Source: Hemiscyllium ocellatum (taxonomy: Eukaryota). From it: a stretch of DNA of 64,000 nucleotides. Location of the stretch: NCBI RefSeq assembly GCF_020745735.1, contig NC_083413.1, forward strand, positions 63,612,001 through 63,676,000, read 5' to 3'. Every line of letters begins with the position of its first letter. Within the stretch, counting starts at the first letter, position 1. This document shows positions 25,486 through 37,927 of the stretch, piece by piece. The position numbers and the translations under genes were made by a program. Below the pieces are notes generated by a model. The model did not search any database. It was not told the DNA's origin and worked only from the letters and a program-made list of their open reading frames with translations.

Positions 25486-27004
25486 GTGAGTTGAAGCATC
25501 ATTTGTCATCTTGAAGAACTGAACCTTATTACTGCTCTTGTTATATTTCATTGTGTCTGTGAAACGATGTACTACTGGTTGATAACTATTGCACAGATTC
25601 TTTGACATCTTGCAATGCTCAATTCTATATCTCTGGAACATTTCGACCTTGAGTTTGAAAGAAGCAAATAGATTTGCAGATTTTCTAGCAGCAACTTGGT
25701 TGGTGGGGTGCAGAGAAAGTGAGCAAAAAGTAATAGTTTTTTTTAAACGTACTTGGAATCCATTCTGTGTCCTTAGTTGTGGGACATGTGTACCTACGTA
25801 CATGCCAATGAATGCACTTTATTTGTGGTTGGTGACCTGTAATTTGCAATTGTGGCTACAAGACTATTAGTGTAGCTATTAAAATAAAAGGTGTGCAGGT
25901 TTATGAAGTGCATTTGGAGAGAAACTCGATTTGAATTGATCAGGTTGCCATTGAAAGGGATAGCTATCTGATTCTAATTTGACAGCTGTATGAAAATAGC
26001 AAGAATAATTGCACTATTATTGATGTCATCAATAATAATTTACACCATTACAAGGCTCACTAATACCCTTGGCTTTGGAATCATTAAAATAGATTAGTCT
26101 TACACAACTAGTTGATTCCTAATGACCGAATATAGCTAAGGTCTCTGAATGTAATTAGTCTAGTGCTGTTGATATCAATAGTTTCAAGGTATTTCTTAGT
26201 CTTTGGTCTCATGTTATGACCTGTCAGATACATTTAATTAATAGGATAATATCTATTCAGCTACAGATTTGTGGCCCTGAATCGTTAATGAATTCAAGTC
26301 ATGCTGGTTCTAATGCTGTGGGTTAACATTTGTGTAACAGTATATTTTAGCATTTTGTTAAGAGATAATTAAAATTTGAGAATGTTGAAGTATGTTTATT
26401 ATCCAGTAGTTTCAGCTAATTAAGCTTGAAATAACTTTCCCAGGGATAATTTAGGGAATCCCCATTTTAATGTTCTTTGGTTTTCAAAAAAAAATGTTGC
26501 ATAGTTTGAATTTATTATCCAACCTCTCATAATTTGTTGGAGGCTTTGAAAATCTGACCTGAAGTCAAGTCAACCTGAGTGTGTGCCAATTTAGTCATAG
26601 CTACGCAAATACTTTTCACACCCCCGCACTGCTCGCTACTTTTGTCTCCAATATGTTGAAAGGTTGTCGAGTTAATGTTTCACAACTTAGCATACTGTTG
26701 CCTTTTCTGACTGACTCTTTACCTGCTGGATCTATTAATTCAGATTTCTGTTGTGTTCCACTTGTTTCACCAACCCTGTTATTGTCTGGAGGACTTAATC
26801 TATATTTGTGGCACAATCAGCATTATGCAAAGCGACTGTATCATGGAAAGACCTGAGGCCAAAGTTTTTGTGTCTAAAGTGAAATAACTTTGGCCATGCT
26901 TTTTGTGAGTTAATATGCGAAAGATTTTGTGTAGTTTAATGCATTCGCCTTATATATTATAATTTAATAAAAATGATTTAAGGATTTAGATTAACATTTC
27001 TAAC

Positions 27005-27901
27005 TGTGAAGGCCCTGCTCATCCTATTTTTCTGCATTTTTAATTATGAAATGGATAAAGAGCTGTTTTAAAGTGAAGGATTGCTGAAAGATCTGAAAGC
27101 AAGTAACCTGGCACACTCTGTTTACAGAACTGCTGGCTCCAGTAGTAGTTGAAGTGTAGTTTGTAGATGAGTTAGAACCAAAAAATGTGTACAAGTGGAG
27201 ATTCAACTAGCAACAATCCTGATTGGATTGTGAACCAGTTATCGGTTATCACTAACAAAGACTTGAACAACATAATGAGAGAAGCAATCAGATCCTGACC
27301 AGCTCAGGATGGTCAGCTGTCAGATGGTCAGATGAATAGCTGACCAGCTGTTCTCTACAGCAAAACACACTTGAGGCCTGAAGCAGGCCAGTGTATTTTT
27401 CCTTTAGTTGTTGCAAGCTCTGACTTTTAATTAATAAGTCAAAGATCTCTTATAAGTGTGAGCCAGACTCTGGTTCTGACAAACGTGTGGAAGCAGAAGA
27501 AAGGAAGACTGAGAAGCAGTGTTCTGATCAGTCCAAACCATCTCTGCAGAACAGAGAATACTACACTGATCCCCCATGTTTCTCTTTGTCTATAACACCC
27601 ATGATATTTTTCCTGTCAATATCTGTGTTTGGATGTGTAGGGGGATTAGAGTTTTAAGTAGTGACCTTATATGTCGACAGTTCATAATGGTTTACCTGTG
27701 GCGTCTATTTACCTGGAATAAATAGCAATAAATAGTGATGCTGGTTAAGTACAGAAATCTATTCTGTACGTGCTGTCAATCTGGTCTAAAAGAAAGGTAA
27801 ATTGTGAGGATTTTGTTTACTTTTACAAAGTCTTTAACTTTTGTAATGGCTCGGAATCATGGAGCTTGGTTTCTAGGAAGCTACTGATGTGAGGTATAGC
27901 A
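27005..27901 (+). mobile_element. Possible old solo LTR
   Basis: TG...CA ends, imperfect 4-bp flanks (taac/gaac), TATA-like motif at ~27451 and AATAAA at ~27717. Part of it recurs inverted at 30946-31097. Confidence 0.35.
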
Positions 27902-28599
27902 GAACTCACAAAGATTGCTCTTGTGTTTGCACATTAAATTAAATGTATATTTCTGTTGGTAGGGCATCTTTAAAACTATGGAAATAAATCCACCTTTAAC
28001 TTAAACTAATAATAAAAATGCAATAATTTTCACTAGTTATATTAAGGTAATTATAAATCATTGCATGATTTTATAATATTCAAAAGAAATCATCAGTGTA
28101 TCAATGCAACTTGTGCAGCTCTTCAAGTTACGTTATGCAAATATCCTCAAGTCAGAGTTTACTTTTGGAGAAAATTTGTTTGGAGCTCAAATGTGAAGAA
28201 TACTCCTTTTTTGTGTGAATAGTAAAAATATGTTATGGTCTGTGAAATTTAATCTCAAACACAAGTTGCCACATGCTAGAGAAAAAATAACAGGTAGGCT
28301 TGGGCTGGGTAGAGGATGGATAGAGAAGGTTAATTTAAGGAGTTGAAAATCTTGGAAATAATTTAGGTCAATGGATTTCTTAACACTTGATCCATGTTAT
28401 TTCACACAGCACTGGACTGAAACAAACCCTTCAAGAATGATATTACTGTGTTGCCGACAATTGATCTCCTTTCCTCAATAATACTTAAATGCAGAATTTC
28501 GTTCGAAGTATTGTGACAAAATGAAATTCATTATGCAGTTCGACTCTAGTAACATGTATTACTATCGATGTATACAAGAAATGTGAGTAGACTTGCTCA

Positions 28600-31500
28600 T
28601 TTGACATAGATGATACTGTGATACAGGCTAATAGACGAGACAGGATTGATGTTTGCAAGGAGGGAAGGTGTTAGTAATACTGGAAAGTGTGAAAATAGGT
28701 AAGTCCCCTACGCTGGATGGGACTTATCCTCGGATACTCTGGGAAGCCAGGGAGGAGATTGCAGAGCCATTGGCTTTATCCTTTATGTCATCATTGTCTA
28801 CAGAAATAGTGTCAGAAGACTGGAGGATAGCAAATAGAGTCATAGAATCACAGAGATGTACAGCATGGAAACACAGCCTTCAGTCCAATCCATCCATGCC
28901 AACCAGATATCCTAACTCAATCTTGTCCCACCTGCCAGCACCCGGCCCATATCCCTCCAAACCCCTCCTATTCATATAACCATCCAAATGGCTTTTAAAT
29001 GTTGTAATTGTACTAGCCTCCACCACTTCCTCTGGCAGCTCGTTCCATACACGTACCACCCTCTGTGTGAACATGTTCCCCCGTGGGTCTCTTTTATATC
29101 TTTCCTCTCACACCCTAAACCTATGCCCTCTAGTTCTGGCCTCCCCAACCCCAGGGAAAAGTCTTTGCCTATTTACCCTATCCATGCCCCTCATAATTTT
29201 GTAAACCTCTATAAGGTCACCCCTCAGCCTCCGACTTTCCAGAGAAAACAGCCCCAGCCTGTTCAGCCTCTCCCTACAGCTCAAATCCTCCAACCCTGGC
29301 AACATCCTTGTAAATCTATTCTGAACCCTTTCAAGTTTCACAACATCTTTCCGATAGGAAGGAGACCAGAATTGCATGCAATATTGCAACAGTGGCCTAA
29401 CCAATTCCCTCTACAGCCACAACATGACCTCCCAACTCCTGTACTCAATACACTGACCAATAAAGGAAAGCATACCAAACGCCTTCTTCCCAACCTATCT
29501 ACCTGCAACTCCACTTTCAAGGAGCTGTGAATCTGTACTCCAGGGTCTCTTTGTTCAGCAACACTCCTTAGGACCTTACCATTAAGTGTATAGGTCCTGC
29601 TCAGATTTGCTTTCCCAAAATGCAGCACCTCACGTTTATCTGAATTAAACTCCATCTGCCACTTCTCAGCCCATTGGCCCATCTGGTCAAGATCCTGTTG
29701 TAATCTGAAGTAACTCTCTTTGCTGTCCACTACACCTCCGATTTTGGTGTCATCTGGAAACTTACTAACTATACCTCTTACGCTCGCATCCAAATCATTT
29801 ATGTAAATGACAAAAAGTAGAGGACCCAGCACCAATCCTTGTGGCACTCCACTGGTCACAGACCTCCAGTCTGAAAAACAACCCTCCACCACCACCCTCT
29901 GTCTTCCACCTTTGACCCAGTTCTGTATACGTATGGCTAGTTCTCCCTGTATTCCGTGAGATCTAACCTTGCTAATCAGTCTCCCATGGGGAGCCTTGTC
30001 AAACGCCTTACTGAAGTCCATATAGATCACATCCACTGCTCTGCCCCATTCAATCCTCTTTGTTACTTTCTCAAAAAACTCAATCAAGTTTGTGAGACAT
30101 GATTTCACATGGACACAGCCATGTTGACTATCCCTAATCAGTCCTTGCCTTTCCAAATACATGTACATCCTGTCCCTCAGGATTCCCTCCAACAACTTGC
30201 CCACCACTGACGCCAGGCTCACTGGCCTATAGTTCCCTGGCTTGTCCTTACCATCTTTTGTTAAACAGTGGCACCACATTAGCCAACCTCCAGTCTTCCG
30301 GCACTTCACCTGTGACTATCGTTGATACAAATATCTCTAGCTTCCCACAGAGTTCTAGGATACACCTGATCAGGTCCTGGGAATTTATCCACCTTTACCC
30401 GTTTCAAGACATCCAGCATTTCCTCTTCTGTAATATGGACATTTTGCAAGATGTCACCATCTATTTACCTACAATCTATATATTACATAAATGTTGTGAC
30501 CTTGTTCAAGAAGGGGAGTAGAGACAACTCTGGTAATTATAGACCAATGAGCCTTACTTTGGTTGTCGGTAAAGTGGTGGAAAATGTTGTAAGACATAGG
30601 ATTTATAATCATCCAGAGAGGAATAAGTTGATTAGGGACAGTCAACAAGGTTTTGTGAAGAGTAGGTCATACTTCATGAACCTTATTGAGTTCTTTGAGA
30701 TAGTGACCAAACAGGTGGATGAGGGTAAAGCAGTTGATGTTGTTTATATGGATTTTGGTAAGGCATTTGATGAGGTTCTCCATGGTAGGCTAGTGCACAA
30801 AATACGGAGGCATGGGATTGAGGGTGATTTAGTGGTTTGGATCAGAAGTTGGCTAGCTGAAAGAAGGCAGAGGGTGGTGATTGTTGGGAAATGTTCATCC
30901 TGGGGTTCAGTTATTAGTGGTGTATCGCAAGGATCTGTTTTGGGTCCACTATAAAAGTTAAAGATTTTATAAAAGTAAACAAAATCCCCACAATTTACCT
31001 TTCTTTTAGACCCAGATTGACAGGATAGATTTCTGTACTTAACCAGCATCACTATTTATTGCTATTTATTTCTGGTGAATAGACTCCACAGGTAAACATA
31101 AAAATGTTTGTCATTTTTATAAATGACTTGGATGAGGGCATAGAAGGATGGGTTAGTAAATTTGCAGATGACAATTAGGTCGGTAGAGTTGTGGATAGTG
31201 CTGAAGAATGTTGCAAGTTACAGAGGGACATAGGTAAGCTGCAGAGTTGGGCTGAGAGGTGGCAAATGGAGTTTAATGCCAAAAGTGTGAGGTGATTCCC
31301 TTTGGAAGGAGCAACAGGAATAAAGAATATTGGGCTAATGGTAAGATTCTTGATAGTGTAGATGTGCGGAGAGATCTCAGTGTCCAGGTACATAGATCCT
31401 TGAAAGTTGCCACCCAGGTTGATGGGGTTGTTAAGAAGGCATACGGTATGTTAGCTATTATTGGTAGAGGGATTGAGTTTTGGAACCATGTGCTCATGCT

Positions 31501-32050
31501 GCAGCTGTTCAAAACCCGGGTGCGGCTGTACTTGGAGTGTTACGTACAGTTCTGGTTGCCGCATTATAGGAAGAACTTTGGAAATCTCAGAGGAGATTTA
31601 CTTGGATGTTGCCTGGTATGGAGGGAAAGTCTTATGAGGAAAGGCTGAGGGACTTGAGGCTGTTTTCATTAGAGAGAAGAAGGTTGAGAGGTGACCTAAT
31701 TGCAATATATAAGATAATCAGAGGGTTAGATAGGATGGACAATGAGAGCCTTTTTCCTCAGATGGCGATGGCTAGTATGAGAGGACATAGCTTTAAATTG
31801 AGGTGTTATAGATATAAGACAGATGCCAGAGGTAGTTTCTTTACTCAGAATAGTAGTAGGGACATGGGACACACTGCCAGCTACAACAGTAGATTCTCCA
31901 ACGTTAAGGGCATTTAAATGGTCATTGGATAAACATTTGGATGAAAATGAAATAGTGTAGTTTAGATGGGTTTTGGATTGGTTTCACAGTTTGGTGCAAC
32001 ATCGAGGGCCGAATGGCCTGTGCTGCGCTGTAATGTTCTATGTTCTATGA
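28600..32050 (+). mobile_element. CR1 LINE (RT to 3' end), host of two later insertions
   Basis: KSPTLDGTYPRILWEAREEIAEPL...EDWRIAN (28653..) resumes at 30489 as NVVTLFKKGSRDNSGNYRP...MDFGKAFDEV...GVSQGSVLGPL, then KFADD and the C-terminus to ~32050. Confidence 0.9.
28836..30488 (-). mobile_element. CR1 LINE (family A) nested antisense in the CR1 above
   Basis: ORF 29338..30309 (PGNYRPVSL, MDFSKAFDK, GVPQGLVLGPLLFVIYIND, KFPDDTK); short aaat duplication at 28832-28835 and 30489-30492. Confidence 0.92.
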
Positions 32051-34865
32051 TGCATCTGACCCAATTTAGATCTGAACACTGCAAAATGCTTGGATATTCT
32101 TTCTTTTTCCTGAGTTTCTGCTTACACTCACTTGTGTATTAGTAAGCCGAGAATTTGTCATAAACCAGTGCAATCAGATATGATTTAGATATATTTCCTT
32201 TTCTGTCATGAAGTTCTCACCCATGCCTTCATTGCCTTTCGTGCTAGCATTGCTGGCTGCATTCTTTCCACCCTAAACTTGTAATCATCCCAAAACTCTG
32301 TTGTCCATTTTATTATTAACTATCAGTCAGATCTGGTCTCCTCTCACCCTTTGTGCTCATAGATCTATGTTAGCTCTCAATCAAGCAATATCGTGATTCA
32401 AAATTGCTTACCTTGTTTACAAATCCGTCTGTGTCCTTGCCTCTCTCTATCTCTATAATCTCCTCCAACCACGATCTTTTAATATGTGCGCTCCTTTTGG
32501 TGTATTCCCAATCACAATTGCCACATCATCAGTAATGTGCTTTTAATTGACTCGATTCCATTTCCCTCCCGACACCTCTATGCCTCTATGTTGCCTGACA
32601 TCTTTAAGACTTCCTTAAAACTTTCCTTGACCATTTCACCGAACACTTCCTTTGTGGCTTGCAGTCATATTTTGTTTTATATTGCTCCCGTTAAGTGGTG
32701 TGGGATGTTCCATTGTGTGAAAGGTGCAACATAAAATGGCATGTTCAAAATTGCTGGTTTCGGGATAATTCTTAATTTAGTGCAGATTTATAGCAAACTT
32801 GGAATACAGTGGAAAATGGGTTATCATTCATCAAAAAAAAGTAAACGCAATAACCATATATTCCCAAGAGTAACCCAATTTTAAAGCACTGAATTTTAAA
32901 AAAATAATACAAAATTCTTTTCTATTTAGATTGGAGAATGAGAACTTCCTTTGTAAATCTAACAACAATATTCATACCCTTTCAAAAGGTATCCTTGTAT
33001 CCAAAGATTGTAGCTTGGAACTTCTTGAACGAACATAATTCGTGGAAAATCCCAAAGGTGATTAGTTCATCCCAGGGATACGGATGGATTCATAGGTGGC
33101 ATTTGCTTCAAGCTGCTGCTGCTAGTAGCTACTCCTGCCAGGGTGATGTGTTGTCATGGTTCACCATGCTCATCCGTCTTGCATCGTCCTCACACATCCA
33201 CTGAAGCTCTTCTGCAACTGCCCTGTAATATTCATCATCCAACTGTGCCGAGGTCAATCCATCTTTCTGATGACCTCCAACTTGCCTTCTAAAAGTTAAA
33301 CCCTGTAGCTTTTCCGCTCTGGTCAAAAGGCCAAAGTACTGACATTCTTAAGCACTTTTAAAATCATGCTCAAAAGATTGCAGTACCTTCAATTGCCGAA
33401 TACAATATTGAAACAAATTCCCTGACATTTTGCATTGGTTGTGCCATATCTGCAGAATTGTACCTAAACCATCAGCACAGTCTTACAGAAATCATACTAG
33501 GCCATCGTGATTAAATGTATTTTTCTGCTTTATTCTAACAACTCGCCACCATCCAGTGAAGGATGTGAGAATGTGCAGGGTTATGGAGTCCTTTAAAAGA
33601 TAGTGTAGAGTTTTCCCCTCACTGATGTGGTGTGAGAATGAAAAATATCAAGTTCTCGATGACGGAAAAGTGTTTCCTGATTTCTTCCTTTCCCCCTCAA
33701 GCCAATGGCAAGTTCAGAATCCCACCATTGAGTGACAACCATTGAGTTATTTCCATGTATTTGCTTCTCATTTTAGCCCCAACTGAACTCATGCATACTC
33801 TATTTCCAATTCCCCTTTCATTAAGCAAGAAGCCAGATGGTGGAAATTTCCGAATTATATATCCAAGCGGGTGCAGCTCGCCAAATGCTTGTCATGGCTA
33901 TTATCCTTCTTCAGAACAATATCCCTGAGGCACCATGGTAACCATCTTCCTTCACCTATCATTCATGCAAACTAACACTCAGACACTATTTTATCCTTTC
34001 AACATTTTGGATACTAGTGACTTCACAAAAATACTTCTCCATCATAATTCTGATATGCATTTATACAGCATTTTACACAATTTTACAGTGAATTTTAAAG
34101 TGAAATCATTCTTATGATTGAGGAAATACAGTAACCATATTTGTGTACATTAAGGTCCTAAAAATGACTAAATCATTTGTGTTAACATTTCCTGCATCAG
34201 TCTGGCTTTACTTCAAAAGTACATGTTTCATTTGATCGTCCTGATATTAAAAGAAAGTTTTCATAAGTTACCCTCACATCTTTCTGCATTTTGTTCAAAT
34301 ACTTTTCTCTGGCTAGTCCAGCATTTATTATCCACCCTTAACTACCTTGGTGATGACCTGTCATTTTGAACAGTTGTAGTCCGTGGTGGGTTGGATTGTA
34401 TGTTTATCTGCAGTGCTGTTAGGAAGGGAGTGTCAGGATTTTAGCCCAGTGACAGTGAAGGAATGGTGATTTGTTTCCAAGCTGGATGGTGTTGAAGTTC
34501 TTGACTGATGTTGGAATTTCATCCAGGCAAATGAAAGGTATTCTGCGACACTCCTGACTTGTAGCTCTGCATATGGAGAACAGGCTGTCAGCAGTCTGTT
34601 CTGATCATAGCTGATGGAAATACTGGACAAGTTAGATTCCAGCGATTTCTCACCAAAACTTATCAAACCCAGCTCAATAAGTACTTACCCTGCCCCTGTG
34701 GCATCCCTTGTGTCTGAGTCTACCCTCAACTTACCATGAATCTTTCCCAGAAGAAGTTGTCACTGCCAGAATGTTCAGAACTGACCAGATTCACTTGCTT
34801 CCATGTGCCATTTTTAAAAGGCTACTGTACACCTGGACAATCACTATTGATCCAGAGCTGCCACA

Positions 34866-35070
34866 CAGGTTCTTCTGTTATAACGTGCGTTTCCTCAACA
34901 CAAATTCACTGGAGCGTGATTGACAAATTGGGGACACTTTTTCTCCAGCGCAAACTTTTAAAACGTGTATTGGCTATAACACGATTAGAGCACCAGCACT
35001 TTAAGCACAGTTTCTAAAATGTGGGCGTTGCATAAGAGCACAACCATTGTGTGAAAGAAGAACTGACTTT
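34866..35070. mobile_element. Possible Tigger/pogo-type MITE
   Basis: Degenerate inverted ends caggttcttctgttataac / gtgaaagaagaactgacttta. Confidence 0.35.
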
Positions 35071-35097
35071 ACATGAATGCTGCTATTCTTGGATAAG

Positions 35098-35306
35098 GGA
35101 AAATCAGCACTGGGCTGTGTGGTCAGGAACCTGGAAGCTCAGCTGGCTAGGGTGATGCACACAGGATATGGTCTTCCCTCAGGACCAGCAGAGGAGCCCA
35201 CAACACCAGACCATGGCAGCATGACCTAAGGTTTCCAATCAGCTCAGTCCAGTCCTATCAGTATGGAGAAATGCCCATCACGGTAAAGAAGTCAACATTT
35301 TACTGC
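35098..35306 (+). pseudogene. Decayed Myb/SANT-like (Harbinger ORF2-type) coding remnant
   Basis: RNLEAQLARV / frameshift / DMVFPQDQQRSPQHQTMAA*PKVSNQLSPVLSVWRNAHHGKEVNILL fits the Myb_DNA-bind_5 pattern. A Harbinger-like end, attctgccc, lies at 36308-36316. Confidence 0.5.
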
Positions 35307-37050
35307 ACTCCCCAACAGAAGTATCATCATCTTCTATCTCATACCTTGCACTCATTCTATCTCTGTATGACAGCCACCTCCCACCAAATCTCATGCTCTT
35401 CCACTCTCCCAATTGCCTGCACCATCTTTCCTCATAGGCTCTCACCCACCTAGTTCCTGACAGCGCCAACCTGCATGACCCCTGCACTGCCGCACCCCTC
35501 TCTTGAGACATCTCATGTACCAAACATAACAGCTGCTCTAATTACTACCATCTCCCACAATACATGTCTGTGTCTCAGTCCAGGAGGAAAACAACCCACA
35601 GTGGGGCAGAGGGAGTACAGACGGATGTTGAACTGCCCCAAATTCAGTTTCTCATCCCTTGTGCAGAAAGAATCCTGACTCTGACTACACAAGTAGCTGA
35701 TTGACTGTGTTCAAGCCCTTCAACTGGGGCCAGAGACTGCCCTGGACTTACTGAGAGGTATCTGTCTCCCTTGACTTGACTGAGGCCTGGTGTCAATCAT
35801 GACAAGCTTCCTGGCTATGTGTTTGCACAAAGCAGCAAGACAGAATTGATAAACAGATCAGAGATCTACCATGAGGTTTCTTAGAATCTGGCACATGCAA
35901 GATACCAATATCTGTGTATGTGGGGTGCATGGGGCCAGTGCCCAATGAGTGTGCCTGGAGATGTTATTGTCTTGTGTCTCAACATAGAGGTCCTTTCGAG
36001 CATGTGGTGAATTGAAGTTGCTAGCTACTTGATCTGATTTTCATATTGGATTTTCTCGACATATACCTTGGTTGGCACATTAGTGAACTGGGGAAGCGAA
36101 ATATTAGTAAGGTGAGCAGTAGTATTAACAAGGTAATTAATGACCAATTGGCGATTTGGCTGTGCCCAGTGAAAATCACACTATCCTGCATGTAGTAAGA
36201 TTAAAAGTTGCAGTGAAATGTTACTGAAGAGAGATGGGCCTTGCTGGATTTCTCATCCAATGTTGTTAAAAATCTCCCCATAGTTTGTGCACTCCGGCCC
36301 TTATAAGATTCTGCCCATGTTTTAGTTTTGCAATTTGGTTGCTGTAACCAGCCATTCACTGAGCATTTTCACAAGAGGCTATTTTTGTATTTACAATAAA
36401 ACAGTTAAGTTTTTAACACGGAAGCAAAGAAAAAGGCCAAACTAAAAATACCTATTGCCAACAAGTAGGATTAGTATTGGTAAGTTAATGCGTTCTTGAT
36501 GGATCCAAAGGTTATTTCTGTGCTGACTTTGTAACAGCAAAAAGATTGAGCCTTTTTTCTCCAGCAATATACTTGACAGACACTCAATCCCAATAATGTG
36601 TCACTGCTCTCTTCACTGTAGAATGTTGTTTTGATCTGACATGGTTGCAGTTGTTTCCTTCTGGTAACCTCTCGTACATTTCTCAAATGTGCTTCTTTCT
36701 CCATTATTATATCTCTCCAAGATTCAATGACCAGCTAACTTACTTACATTTCTTGTCTTCGACTATTTTGAGGACAATAAAACTGCTTAAGCCTTCTTTC
36801 TAGCTGTGATGGCCTGAAGACATCCACAGACATAAAACCAAACTGTTCTCCTGCTGGAATGGACTTTTTCTTCTGAACTCTGGCTGTTTGTCTCTGGTGT
36901 CGGTCTAAAAGCTGCATTTAATAAACATCCCAGCAATTATCCCCTGGGTCACTTGCTAGTCATCTAATCTAATCTAAATGGGCATTGGACATACATACGG
37001 ATAATACTGGAACAGTGTAGGTTAGATGGGCATCAGATTATTTAAAAAAT

Positions 37051-37388
37051 GGGCGGCACGGTGGCAACAGTGGTTAGCACTGCTGCCTCACAGCGCTTGA
37101 GACCCGGGTTCAATTCCCGCCTCAGGCGACTGACTGTGTGGAGTTTGCACGTTCTCCCCGTGTCTGCGTGGGTTTCCTCCGGGTGCTCCGGTTTCCTCCC
37201 ACCAGTCCAAAGATGTGCGGGTCAGGTGAATTGGCCACGCTAAATTGCCCGTAGTGTTAGTTGAAGGGATAAATGTGGGGGAATGGGTCTGGGTGGGTTG
37301 CACTTCGGCGGGTCGGTGTGGACTTGTTGGGCCGAAGGGCCTGTTTCCACACAGTAGGTAATCTAATCTGTAGGTAATCTAATCTAAT
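37051..37388 (+). mobile_element. Full-length HE1/V-SINE-type tRNA-derived SINE
   Basis: A-box tggcaacagtgg, B-box ggttcaattcc (~37107), V-domain tgtggagtttgcacgttctccccgtgtctgcgtgggtttcctccgggtgctccggtttcctccc, CR1-like tail gaagggcctgtttccac and (aatct)n. Confidence 0.93.
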
Positions 37389-37640
37389 GCTATCTTGAAA
37401 AGACTATCTTTTGCTCATTGATTGAGATGAATTTCTGCTCTATTCTTACAAGTCATGACTCCATGTCACCAAAATCTAAAACCTCTTAATGACTAATTTT
37501 GAACCTAAGTTTGTAAAAATAATAACATAAATGTTCATCATACTTTCCATAGAATATTTAACTCTTACCTGCTCTGGTCACCACAGCTGTTCAAGTTCAT
37601 CATTGCGACGATACATGATGGATATTGTGGGTTTTTAAAA

Positions 37641-37927
37641 TTAGATTACTTACAGTGTGGAAACAGGCCCTTCTGCTCAACAAGTCCACACCGACCCTCC
37701 GAAGAGCAACCCACCCAGATCCACTACGGGAAATTTAGCATGGCCAATTCCCCTAACCTGCACATTTTTTTGGACTGTGGGAGGAAACCAGAGTACCCGG
37801 AGGAAACCTACGCAGACACAGGGAGAATGTGCAAACTCCACACAGACAGTTGCCTGAGGTGGGAATTGAACCTGGGTCTCTGGTGCCGTAAGGCAGCAAT
37901 GCTAACCACTGTGCCACCATGCCGCCC
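37641..37927 (-). mobile_element. HE1/V-SINE-type SINE, opposite orientation, small internal deletion
   Basis: Reverse complement of the 37051-37388 SINE. Confidence 0.92.

Noticed and set aside
25230-25514. 94-aa ORF as a stand-alone gene
   Set aside because: Only 25363-25485 is calsyntenin-like and bounded by splice sites; the flanks are intron read-through.
28988-29530. 180-aa + strand ORF and similar recurring ORFs (MPSSSGL..., METDPSVQ...)
   Set aside because: Antisense frames of CR1 3' ends, repeated wherever family A occurs.
32940-33480. Coding-looking minus-strand stretch (DDEYYRAVAEELQW)
   Set aside because: Several stops and no family I can recognise. A tBLASTx or HMM search would be needed.
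37051-37120. tRNA-like sequence with A and B boxes
   Set aside because: It is a SINE head followed by the V-domain and a LINE tail, not a tRNA gene.
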